Shown here: positions 22,421-35,455 of the stretch, piece after piece
Layout of the letters: every line of letters starts with the position of its first letter
Numbering within the stretch: the first letter of the stretch is position 1
Source of the DNA: Nageia nagi
Lineage: Eukaryota > Plantae > Pinophyta
Direction: 5' to 3'
Assembly: GCA_050084985.1 (NCBI GenBank)
Contig: JBITNC010000001.1
Span: 150,784,001-150,848,000, forward strand
Length of the DNA: 64,000 bases
The notes under the pieces: model-generated
What the model saw: the letters and a program-made list of their open reading frames with translations, nothing else
What the model was told of the DNA's origin: nothing
Database searches by the model: none
Position numbers and translations under genes: made by a program

Positions 22421-25400
22421 ATTGGAATGACATTTTTGTATTATATGCAAGTGATTTCAACACAATATTATATCATAGCCCTTAGATCTTGTGTAAGATT
22501 TAATATCAACCCTTCTAATGATTAGACCTAAGATTGGGATTTATCCTAGCATTAGAGTAAGAGAATAAAAGAGATCTAAGACCTCATTTTTTTGTTGTTG
22601 TTGATTGGAGAATTGAATTGGAAGAATTTTGAAGTATTCTTGGGCTCTTAAGAATAGTTGAAAGTATCTCTCTAAGTTTACGAGATTCCCATTGCATTTA
22701 CTCTAGTGGAGGCTATGCCAACTAGCTCTCTACCCATCTACATCTGACAAACCTATCCAAGGTTTGTGATCTGAGCATAGTTATGAAATTGGAACTAAGA
22801 AATCAAATCTAGGCAAGAGGAGGGCAAATAAGGATTTTTTGAGCATTGTAGTGTGTTCAAGAAGCCTAAGAGAGGGACGTTTACCTCTTGGAGGCATATT
22901 TGCAAACAGAAAATGCAAATCTGATCCAACCAACTAGACATTTGCCTCATAGGAGGGTTATTTGCATTCAAGAGAGTTAGATTTGCATATTTCAATGTGA
23001 TGTTAGCCATATAAGGCCAAATTAAGGGTTTTAAAGCATCAAATTTAGCCACATCAGCCAAAGGTCTTATGTATGAGGGTAATTTGGTGATAATCTTTAG
23101 TATTCAAAAGCTAAGCTACAATTTATGGGTTGGGTTTTGTTATTTCATTATCATTTTTATTTGTTGTTATCTTAGTAGGGTTTGCATTTAAGAGAAAAAC
23201 TAATAACAAAATTAAAATATTTCAGATATGTTGTTTGGCATAGAAATTCTGTTTAGGGTATTTGTATTTTGCTTGTATTATGTTTTTGGTATATTACAAT
23301 GGTATCAAAGTTGTGATCTTGCTATCTTGAGGGTTTGTTGATGGTCCATCCATATAACACAAGTGGAAAAATAAAAATTTCTGGAGATATGACTAACATC
23401 AAGGAAAGGAAACCCAATCTTGAAGAAGCCCTAACACTTATGATGTAGACTCATAAAACTCTAATGAAAAATCAAGATTCCATGCAACAAATGCAAAATA
23501 CCATATCGAATATGATAAACTAAATGGAATGAGGTCAGTGTGAAACAAGAGAGGGCATATAGAAATCTATCCAAGAACTTGCTACAAGTTTTAGAGGGTC
23601 ACAACTTCAAGGAAATCAAAACCAAAATCAGTCTTACAAAAATAATACCCAAGGTACTGACATGAGAGAAACTTCAACTTATGGTGGTGTTGGGAACACC
23701 CATGGAAATCATAATTCAAGGGGAACCACTTCTAAAGCATCCAAGCTTTGGAAACCCTCCACCTGTGTTTACAAGTAGATACACATTAAGAAAAATATCA
23801 AGGATGGTGATAAAGGGGAAGATCTGCAATACAAATGATGAAAACTATCACTGTCATATTTTGATAGTAGTGATACGATTACACTTAGGGGCTAGTTACA
23901 AAAGCTATAAAAATATTTTTTTTTAAGACCCACTCTGAAAGAACATGAAGCAGTGTAATATGTAGTCTTTCATCTTGAGGGAGTTGCTCACCAATGGTGG
24001 CATCATGGATTAGCCACCAAAAATCATGGTGATATTTTTTCATTCGATGAATTTGCCAACAAGTTTTTGGACAAGTTTGAAAGGCATAGTGAAAAATGAT
24101 TATTTCAATGATCTAACCATCATTTCTCAAAATAATACATTAGATGGTTATGTGGAGGAATTTTAGCAAGTTTCAGTTATGGTAACTGATATTTTAGGGG
24201 ACAAGTTGGTGCACTTATTTTTGATAGGCTTATCATAACCAATAAGGGGTTTAACCAAATCCTTTAAGACAAAAACCCTTGAAGAAGCAGTTTCTACAAC
24301 CCTAGATCTTGAAACTTCAACAAGTAGCAATAGTAAAAAAATTGAATAGTCAAAATTCGAAAAATAGTCTAAATTTCAATATTCTATAGCCTCACAAACA
24401 AGTGGAAAACCATGGAATAAAGTGGATCATACCCAGAATAAAGGTTTTCAACTGCCAAAAATACAAAATCAACAAAGATAGAAGCTAGAAGAAGCAACAA
24501 TAAAAGAATTACAATGAGAAGGTTTATGTTTCTCATGCAAAAAACCATGGGGACCGAATCATCAATGCCAAGATAAGGGAAAAAATTATTTAGTCAAATT
24601 TTATGTGCCTAATGATAATGAAAAGGAACTAGACATAGAAAAGACTAAATCTGAAATTGAGTATGAGGATGAGTTAGAAAAGAACAAGCAACCATCCCCT
24701 AAGATAATGAAGATGGAGCCTTAGCTACTATAAATGGTGAATCTCAATTCATTACTATTCAAATGCAAGGAAAGCTTGGTGATCATTCAATTGTAGTGCT
24801 AATTTATTGGGGAGCTACACAATTTTATTGATGAAAATTTTGTAGTAGAAAAGAAGATTGAATTCAGAAATTTTTTTTGGTTTTGGAGTAAAGAATGGAA
24901 ATGGGATAATTTCTAGTTGTGATTATGTGGTGAAGCAAATGAAAATCAATTTTGAAAACTATTCTGTCATTGATGAATTTTATGTGTATCCCATGGGTAG
25001 TATGCCTCAAGCTATTCTTGGAGTACAATGGTTGCATTCTTTAGATGGTATATACATAAAGTACAAAATATTAGTAATGAAATTCAGGTTCAATGGGAAA
25101 ATCATCACTTTGAAGGGAATCAAGGATCATCTTTCACAAAATATTTTAGCTAACAGTATGGAGAGAATGATAAGCTCTCCATGGTTTGCTATAATAAAAC
25201 ACATAATGACTCTGGTTGATGAAAGTGTTGTTTTAGATGGAGAGATAAATTGTGTCACTAGAATACATATGATGAAAGGTATGCCTCATTCACATTTTAC
25301 TTGTCATTCTATGATTCAGCTCTCTTTGGATAAGAACAATGTGATTTGTGAAGATCTAAGATCTATCTCAGGTATTTGTAATTTGAATAAAAGTATTATA

Positions 25401-28400
25401 TGGTATACCCTTAGGAGGGAAAAAGAAGTTTAGTTTCGATTTTTCTTTAGACATGGGATACCAACTTTGGATATTGATTTTGGGCATTAGATTTGATATT
25501 TTTGGGTTTAGGACGACAACATTCTTTGGCTCTTTTATACCATCTTTATGGGGAGTACTTGATTATTCCTCTTTAGTTGTGCATAGCATCACAAAATGCA
25601 CAAGTTGTTTTCAAATTTTGGAGGTGTTTCAATAGTTGGAATACTATGTTTTGATGAATTATGAGGGACATGACAAATCATAATTTTGTTTGTAAAAAGA
25701 TCTAAATATTAGTAAAAGAAATAATGACAACCTTAAAGAAGAGAATTTGGAACTAGGGCCAACCATGAAGAGAACCCTACAAGGTACAAAAGCAATTTTG
25801 ATTTTTGGTTTGTATTTTGATAGTAGTACATCAGCTGGGCATAGTTTTGATGGAAAGAAGAAAATTTGAAAAATGATGATAAATGTGGGTATTGGAGTGC
25901 TCGTGGGAAACCCAATACTCTACACTACAATCATATATTGTAATATGCAACCTTATGAAGTGTTTAATATTTTTCCCTTGATTGTACATGGAAAAGCACT
26001 TCCTCACCAATACCCTTGGCAATAAAATAGGGAATACAATGGTAATGTCCAAACTTGCACTTATTCGTAACATGCCCTCATTTTGGCATTTTATTTTATT
26101 GATAATCTCATGCAAAGACATAAGAACTTAATGGAGTTTCTTAGGAGCCATTTCATGGTAAATGTGGCCAAATGGAAAAGAAAAAGAATTGAAAAGCTAC
26201 CTTGTTTTGAGAAGAAAGGAAAGTAGCAATTTATTAAGAAATGGATGATTGGTTTTGGGAAATTTGAATTGATATTGTCACATAACATTATTGCTAATTT
26301 CTTAATGATTGAATTGTTTCTTCTTTTCAACCCTCTTTGTATAAGATGGAAAGCTATTGTTGAGTTTCTTCCATGAACAACCCTAGAAATGAAAAGAAAT
26401 CAAGAATTTGGGGCAATTAGGGAGTATCTACAACTATTGGACATTGCTATGATTAAAAACTTAGGATTAATCCATTTTTGTGTTGCTAACAATTGCATGT
26501 TAACAAATGGTCCTCCAAAGTAAATGAAAGAGAACAACCCAATATCCTATTTTTTACTTCTTGTGGATAATTTGCAAGAAGCTAACAATATTCACATTGG
26601 GGTTTTGCATTGTTTGAGGAAGACTCAAAAAAAGGGACATTGCATTTTCTATGTATGGATACGAGTTTCTTATGATAGTTAGAGCTGAAATGATGAAGGA
26701 GTTAGGTTCACTTCTGATTGTGTTTGGGGCAATGGAAGCTGCATTTTGTATCAAATTTATGTTAATTATGACTATTGAATTTTATTGGAAGAAGACTACC
26801 TTGTGTACATTTATTTGGATATACCTTGAGGCTACATACTTAATATCAAATACAACTCTCTTGTTGATTGAGATGGCAGTTGACATAATGCTCTTGATAA
26901 TATCTTCCATATTTGGGATAATAATCAGTGTGACGATCTTTATGATGATTCAATTTCATATTTTATTTGCTTCTTAATTTCATGTATGGGAAACAAGGTC
27001 ATGGGTTTCATCATTACTTGGTGAAATGGAAGAGTTTACTGCTTGCTGTTGCTACATGGGAAGGTTTTGAAATTTTTACAGCTTTGATGAATTGCTTCGG
27101 GATAACCAATTCTGGAGGGGGGACATATAATGTCCTTAAATTTGCTAGTTTATAAATATATAAATAATTGGTGTGTTTTGTATGTTTTGGGCATCATTGA
27201 GAATATTTTGTCATATTTTGAAGTTAAAATGAGGATTGTAAGATAAATAATTATGTTTTAACTATTTCAAATGTTAGTATATGGATTAGGAAAGTTATTT
27301 AAATATATGGTGTGAGTTTCAGGTTAGAAAAATATATTAATTTGCACCTTTAGTTGGAATGACATTTTGTATTGTGTAAGTGACCTCAATGCAAGATTAT
27401 ATCGTAGCCCTTAGATCTTGTGTGTGTAAGATCTAATCTCAGCCCTTCATGATTAAATCTAAGGCTAAGATTTATCCTAACATTAGGGTAAGTGAATAAA
27501 ATAGATCTAAGACATCATTTTGTTGTTGTTGTTGTTAATCGAAGAATTGAATTGGGAGAATTTTGAAGAGTTCTTAGGCTTTTAGAGATAGCTAGAAGTA
27601 TCTCTATGAGTTTACAAGATTCTCATTGGATTTAGTCTAGTGGAGGCTAGGATGGCTATCTCTTTACCTGTTTATATCTATAATGTCCTCATTTTTATGG
27701 TGTCTTTCCCATTTCACCACTGATAGATGGGGTGTAAATGGAAACATTAGTTTAGGAGTGATTTTATCTATTTTAATAGTTTTTGGTCAATTATTGTAAG
27801 TTTTACTTAGAGACTTAGTTACTTGCTCTATTTATGGAACGTTGGGCCTTTATTTAATTTATTATGTATAGTTGAGTACCTTAATTTGCCAATAATTTTG
27901 TATTAATAATACCAAGACCATTATGGTTGTAAATGCAATATTAGTATCCGATTAATGGGGCGTTGCATATTTAGCCTTGATGATTATAAATTGGCATCAT
28001 ATTTAGCCTTGAGGTTTCTTCTTTTGAGGAATTTTGCCAAAGGTTATTAAATAGATTTGAAAGGAAAGATGTGGAGGATTTTTTCAAGGAACTTTCAACA
28101 CTCAAAAAAACTTCTTTGAGTGAGTATATTGAGTTTTGAGCAGATTGCTATCCAAGTACAAAACATCTCTCCAAAAAGGGTTATTGGAGCCATTGAAGGG
28201 TCTTGTGAAGGCCTTTGAACCATCCACTCATGAGGATGCAATCAAGAGAGCCATGAACCTTGAATCTATCATGTCACCAAGTTAGAAATATGTAGCATAC
28301 AATACCCCTACAAAACTACCATTTTCAACCAAAAACACAGGCTTTGGATAGCCTAAAAGTGCAACATCCCACTTTGGGAGGGAGAAGAATGTAGTGGAGA

Positions 28401-29431
28401 AGCCAAAAATACCATATGGAGTTTCAAAACCACCTTTCAAGCCCTATATATACCCTATGCAACAACCAAAGATGAGCATCCATGAGAGGGATGAAATTAA
28501 GAGGAAGCATCTTTGCTTCTCTTGCAAGACTCCTTGGACACCTGGCCATAAATGCCAAGAAAAGGGCATGCATTTGACTGAAGTGCATTCAAAAAATTCA
28601 AAGAGTGAAGAGGAAGAGGAGTAGTACATGTCTTCTGAAGAGCTTGAAGAGTCTACACCACATGAAGAGCCCAAAGGAGGATCCCTTGCTACTCTTAGTG
28701 GGTTGAACCAATTCAGAACTATCAAGGTTCCAAGAAAGGATTAGGGTGAAAAGGTAATGGTTCTAATTGATGGTGGTGCTACTCATAATTTTGTTGATGA
28801 AAAATTTATAGCATGTCAAAAATTGAAAATAGAAATCATTCCTGGTTTTAATGTTACAATTGGAAATGGTGATTTGATTCATTGTAATAAGGTAGTTAGG
28901 CATTTGAAAATTAGTTTTGGGAGGTATGAGGTGGATGAACAATTTTTTGTCTTTCCCTTAGGTGGTATGCCTCACATGGTTCTAGGAGTACAATGGCTTT
29001 GGTCTCTTGGTGATTATGTTACTAATTATCAAAAATTAGAGCTAAAATTTGTGTTATATGGGAAGAATATAGTGCTCCATGGAGTTAGGGATAATTCCAC
29101 CAAAGATGAATGCAATATTTTAGAGGTGTCCTACAAGCACATGGAGAAGTTGGTGCACTATAAGGACAATATGTGGGCTGCTATAATAATTCAAGATGAA
29201 GGTAAAAATACTTCCACTACACACCCTCATATTCATGCTATCTTGCACAAGCATAAAAAGAATTTTGAGGATTTACTTAAAGGTTTACCACCTAGTAGAG
29301 GATTTTAGCATGTTATTGAGTTGGAACCCAATAGCAAACCTATGATAATTAGCCCACATAGACATCCTAAGGTTTTCAAAGATGAGATTGAGAAAACCAT
29401 TAATGAACTCTTGGAGTGTGGGTTCATTAAG

Positions 29432-32400
29432 TGATCCATAAACAATAAGATTAAAATTTCAAATTAACCTTTTCAAATGGATCAATTCACACTTAAAATA
29501 ATTAAGTGCTTGTAAAGGAAAATTAGGAATAAATTTGTAAACATAGAGAAGAGAAAAGCATTCATCATACAAGAGACAAGCAAAATTTATCCTGGTTCAC
29601 CTAGTGTGGGCTACATCCAGCTCAAAAGCTCTCTACTATCAATGGGTGGAATCACTTTACAAGGCCTCCAAGGTCCTTCAAAACCTCCTCTCACATTCAC
29701 AACACACTCACAGCTCTAAAAATCACAATAAGAATTGAAGACACTTCTCAAAATCCTCTTTTTTTTCCTGTCCAATTTGCTCCCCTTTTATACAATTTTT
29801 GGAGCTAAAATTGGAGAGAATTACAACTAGGAAATTAGGTAAAAAAAAAAAACCTATTTCCAGATACCCATTAATCTCCTTGATCTTCCTATCAAATTTG
29901 GGCTCAAATGGTTGCAAAAATCTCCCAAAAATGAGCTCTAAAATGAAAAAATGCTCTCTGGACTATTTCAAGCTTACAGGATTAAATCAGCCCAATAATA
30001 GGACCTTAGGCGAATCAAAAATCACCAAAAACCTTATAAAACACCAAAATATGTTAAAAAAATTTAAACATTGGGTGGGTGCACTATGGTGGCGACATGT
30101 GGCAGGCTCACAGGGGTGATCAAATGGTTAGACGATGATCTGGTTAGCAGCTTAGCTGACAGCTTGCATGGGAAGTCTCATGCACGGGTAGATAGGCTAT
30201 CGCATGATCAAACTAGTCAAACTCCATGCAGGCTTCCACATGGTCCGGTGGTCATGCGGGTGCCCTATCATCCTCCTCCTCCTACGTGGTCCCTACCATG
30301 CCTACATGGGTTGTATAGTGGCAGGCGGGTCTTGCCATATTTTTTTTAATCCTTTTTTTTTCAAAAATACACAAATGGACTTAATGCCATATCTTCCACA
30401 TATGGACTCGAATTCTTGATTTGAAAGAAGTGTCAGAAAGCTGAAGATGAGATGAACACAATGAACACACTAAAATGGAGATTACTAAATGTTGAAGGGA
30501 TCCAAATTTTTGTATCATTCCTCCCCATTGAGAGAGAGATTTTATCCCCAAAAGCATTTAGAATGATGAAATGAGGTGAGGGTAGAGCTCCCTCACCCGA
30601 TCAATTGCATACCACTTGGCCTTGTGTGGATGTTGGCCCTTCACTCCAATATGCCACACCTCATGTATGCCACTATGAGATGATTGTTGCTTCTTTTCCA
30701 ATACTGCATCCTCAACCAACACATTCATGTGCTTAGGGGCTAAATCCTCAACTAATGGTAACATAACCTCTGTATCTTTTGCAACTAAGGCTGGTTCATA
30801 CAACTTCAAGTTCTCAACATTAATAACAGAATACATTTGCATATAAGGTGGTAAGTCCAACCGAAAAGCATTATCTCCAACTTGACTAATAATGGTAAAT
30901 GGTCCATACCTTATTGGTTTCAACTTCTTTCCTTTACCATGTTGTCTCTCCTTGCTGAGATGAAGCTATACTTGATCCCCAACCTGAAATTTATGATCCA
31001 CCTGATGACGATCATGCCTCTCTTTATACTTGGCCTGACTCTTCTCCAACTATTCTTTTCCCTTTTGATGAATCAATCTAATCCTCTCACCATTAGGAAT
31101 ACAAAGTTTGCCCAAATGACAAGGTAATCCATCATGCAAATGAAAGTCATTATTTCCAATCTCATTACCAAGACTCAATCTATGATAGACATTTTGGAAA
31201 TCAGGATCAACCATATACTGTTCTTTATACCCATCATGCATTAAAGAACTATTTTGCAGAATCACAACACTAGCAACTATTGGAGGCCTAGACAACATAT
31301 CAGTAATTTTATTTTGAGTACCCTTCTTGTACTTAATCACCAAATGAAATTGTTGTAAAAATCCCATCCAATGAAAGTGCCTAGATTGTTGCAACTTAGA
31401 TTGTGACTGAAGATATTGCAAGGGTTGATGGTCTGTATGTATTATTGTGTCTTTACCTACCAAATAGTGCTTCCATTTCTTAACACTTTGAACTAATGCA
31501 TACAACTCTTTTTCATATGTGGGATAGTTTCTTACCACACTAGTAAACATTTTCAAGTGATAGCAAATTGAATGTTTTTCTTACAATAAAATTGCACCCA
31601 TAACATAGTCACTAGCATCAGTTTCAATTTCAAAAGGTTTCTGAAGATTAGGCAAAGCAAGTACTGGAGCATTACTGATTTTCTTTTAAGCAAATCAAAA
31701 GCATGTTGTTCTTTCCCTCCCCACTGAAATCCATGACTCTTTCCTGTAATTGCATGAAGTGGAGAAGCCATGTAATAAAAGTTAGCAATAAATTTGCATA
31801 AATATTGTACTGCCCCAAGAAAACTCCTAGTCTCTGTCACATTAGTGGGAGTAGGCCATTTCAACATAGCCTCAATTTTTGTAGGATCTATCCTCAATTG
31901 ACCTTCACCTACAATGTGGCCAAGATAGATTAAACTCTTCCTGACAAACTCACACTTAGACATTTTCAAATAGAGTTTTGCTTCCCTTAAAACTTCAAAC
32001 ACTTTACGAATATGTACCACATGATCTTTCCAATTATCACTGTAAATGAGAATATCATCAAGATACACAATAACAAAATCATCAATGAAAGGCCTTAAAA
32101 CCTCATTCATTACATGCATGAAAGTAGAAGGAGCATTGCATAATCCAAACGGTAAAACCAACCATTCAAACAATCCTTGCCTAGTTTTAAAAGTAGTTTT
32201 CCATACATCCTCTTCTTTAACTCGTACTTGATGATAACCACTTTTTAGATCTAATTTTGTAAAAAGCCTAGCTTTTTGTAATTTATCCATTAAATCATCA
32301 ATACATGGCAAAGTATATCGATTTTTAATCATGATCTTATTTAGTGCCCTATAATCAACACACATATGCCAAGTTCCATCTTTCTTTGGAATTATAACAA

Positions 32401-35400
32401 TAGGAGATCCACATGGTGATGTGCTAGGTCTAATGACTCCTTGATCTAACAATTCCTTGACTTGTTTCTTAATTTCTTTAGTTTCCAAAATAGAATGTCT
32501 ATATAAGCCAATTTTAGGAAGTGCAACATCAGAATGTAATTGAATCTCATGTTGTATATCTCTTTTTGGTGGAAGTTCTTTAGGTACTTGAAATAAATCT
32601 TCAAATTAAAAAATTACCTCTTTTACTTCTTCTTTGTATTGTGGTTCACAATCTTCAAGTGCCTTTATGATTTCCACTTCATCTTGAGATTTCACCATTG
32701 CAAGTATAAACATTTGTCCTGTATTGATTAGTTTCTTTGCTTGTCCTGTAGTAATCAAAGAAATATCCTTTTTCTTACTTTTATGAGCACTAACCATGTA
32801 TTCAATTCCATCTTTAATGAGTCTATATTTGTTTTTCTTTCTATAAAATAAAGCATCTCTTTCCCATAGATAAGGACTACCAAGCACAATCCCACAAATA
32901 TCCAAAGGAACAACATCAAGTAAAACTTCATCAATGTAATCCCTATTAATCCCAAATTGCAACTTGCATTGTTGTGTTACCTTTAACTTTGAATTTTTAT
33001 TAACCCATCCCAATGGATATGGGTTTGGATGAGGTTGAGTGGTGAGTGCAAGTGATTTGATATACTTTTCTGCAATTAAGTTAGCTTGAGATCCAAAATC
33101 AAACAATGTATCAATCCTAGTCTTCTTAGCTTGCACCTTGATGTGAAAAAGTTTAATTTTATTCTTTTCCTCATCTTCATTAGGTGTATTATGCAAAACT
33201 ATACATGCCATTTTATCATCTACATCTGAACCATCCTCAATTTTCTTAGTAACAATATTTGTTTATTTCTTTTGACCTTTAGGTTTAGGACGTAATTCAG
33301 GATGTAATTTCCAACATTTAGCCTATAAATGAGCTTCTTTTTGACAATGGGTACATACATATTTAGACTTCTCTTTTTGTGTAGTAGACATAGTTTTCTT
33401 TTTCCCCTTTCCTTTGTTCTTTTCAGAATCATTATTACTATTATTATTGGAAGCATTGTTCTTTTTCCCATCCTTAATGAATTTTCCCCTTTCTTCTAAG
33501 TGAGTGGCTTGTACACAAACTTTATCCAAATCATTTGGATCAAACATCAATATTGTATGCCTTAAATAATTATGCAAACCACCAATATACTTAAGAAGAG
33601 TATCTTGGGAATCAAGAGGAATACCTAGCATTGTAGCTCTTCTTTGAAATTTCGTAGTGTACTCTTGCACACTTTGCCCTTTGCCTTGATGGAAAGTTTA
33701 CCATTCCATGATTGCCTTTTGCCAATAACCCAAAGGATAAAATTGATTTCTAAGTAATTGTACAAAAGGGGTCCAAGAAGCAATACAAGCTTGAATAGAT
33801 TCATTCTTACTTTGTAAACAACTTTCCCACCAAATAAGTGCATTACCACTCATTTTAAAAGTTGCTAATTGGATTTTATCCTCATCTCTTACAATTCTTT
33901 ATATTCTACAATATACTTCAATTTGTTTAATCCAATGGTCTAATTTCTCAGCATTCACATCTCCAATAAAAGTAGGCAAATCAAATTTAACTTCCAATTT
34001 CAAAGGAGAACTTTGAAAAACACTATGTGTAACATCATTGTCAATTTTATTACATTCACTAGTTTCACCTTCATTTTTCTTGTATTGTTGTTCTTGAAAA
34101 TGTTGGAATTGTAGAGACATCTTCTGGAACATTGTGGCAAGATCATCAATTTGCTTTTCCACATTAGACCCTCCTTCATTGGCCATGGCTCCAAGCTCTC
34201 TTTGCTTCTTTAGCCAAAATCTAGAACCAATTTTTGGATCCTCCTCCACGAATTCTCCTTCTCCTTTCTTGCTTTGTGACATGGTATACATGCAAGAACA
34301 CTTTCCAAACACCAACAACAATCTCAAAAATATAGGTTATCCCAATGATTTCAATTGCTCTGATACCAAATTTGATCCATAAACAATAAGATTAAAATTT
34401 CAAATTAACCTTTTCAAATGGATCAGTTCACACTTAAAATAATTAAGTGCTTGTAAAGGAAAATCAGGAATAAATTTGTAAACACAGAGAAGAGAAAAGC
34501 ATTCACCATAGAAGAGACAAGCAAAATTTATCCTAGTTCACCCAATGTGGGCTACATCCAGCTCAAAAGCTCTCTACTATCAATGGGTGGAATCACTTTA
34601 CAAGGCCTCCAAGGTCCTTCAAAACCTCCTCTCACATTCACAACACACTCACAGCTCTAAAAATCACAAGAAGAACTGAAGACACTACCTGAAATCCTCT
34701 TTTTTTTCCTGTCCAATTTTCTCCCCTTTTATACAATTTTTGGAGCTAAAACTGGAGAGAATTACAACTAGGAAATTAGATAAAAAAAACCTATTTCTAG
34801 ATACCCATTAACCTCCTTGATCTTCCTATCAAATTTGGGCTCAAATGGTTGTAAAAATATCCCAAAAATGAGCTCTGAAATGAAAAAAATGCTCTATGGA
34901 CTGTTTCAGGCTTATAGGATTAACTCAGCCCAATAATAGGACCTTAGGAAAATCAAAAATCACCAAAAACCTTAGAAAACATCAAAATACGTTAAAATAA
35001 TCTAAACATTGGGTGGGTGCACTATGGTGGTAACATGTGGCAAGCTCACAGGGGTAGTCAAACAGTCAGATGATAGTCTGGTTGGCGACTTAGCTGATGG
35101 CTTGCGTGGGTAGTCTCGCATGCGGGTGAATAGGCTATCACATGGTCAAACTGGTCAACCTCCATGTAGGCTTCCACATGGTTCAGTGGTTGTGCAAGCA
35201 CCCTATCAGCCTCCTCCTCCTACGTGGTCCCTGCCATGCCTACGTGGGCTGTGTAGTGGTGGGTGGGTCCTGCCATATTTTTTTTAATCCTTTTTTTTTC
35301 AAAAATACACAAATGGACTTAATGCCATATCTTCCACATATGGACTCAAATTCTTGATTTGAAAGAAGCATCGAAAAGCTAAAGACGAGATGAGCACAAT

Positions 35401-35455
35401 GAACACACTGAAATGGAGATTACTGAATGTTGAAGGGATCCAAATTTTTGGATCA
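29432..35455 (-). mobile_element. Element D: Gypsy (CRM-like) retrotransposon, youngest in the nest, integrase core missing
   Basis: LTRs 29432-30517 and 34373-35455 (TGATCC...CA, highly similar), perfect TSD TTAAG, PBS TGGTATCAGAGC (34357-34368), PPT 30518-30527. Inserted in the RT of X (LLECGFIK|PSCSSFSS). Confidence 0.95.
30558..34290 (-). pseudogene. gag-protease-RT-RNase H plus integrase C-terminus of element D
   Basis: WIKQIEVYC gag, CTHCQKEAH knuckle, LFDFGSQANLI protease, LPFGLCNAP/YLDDILIYS RT, YEKELYAL/TDHQPL RNase H, KPIRYGPF integrase tail. Confidence 0.93.
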
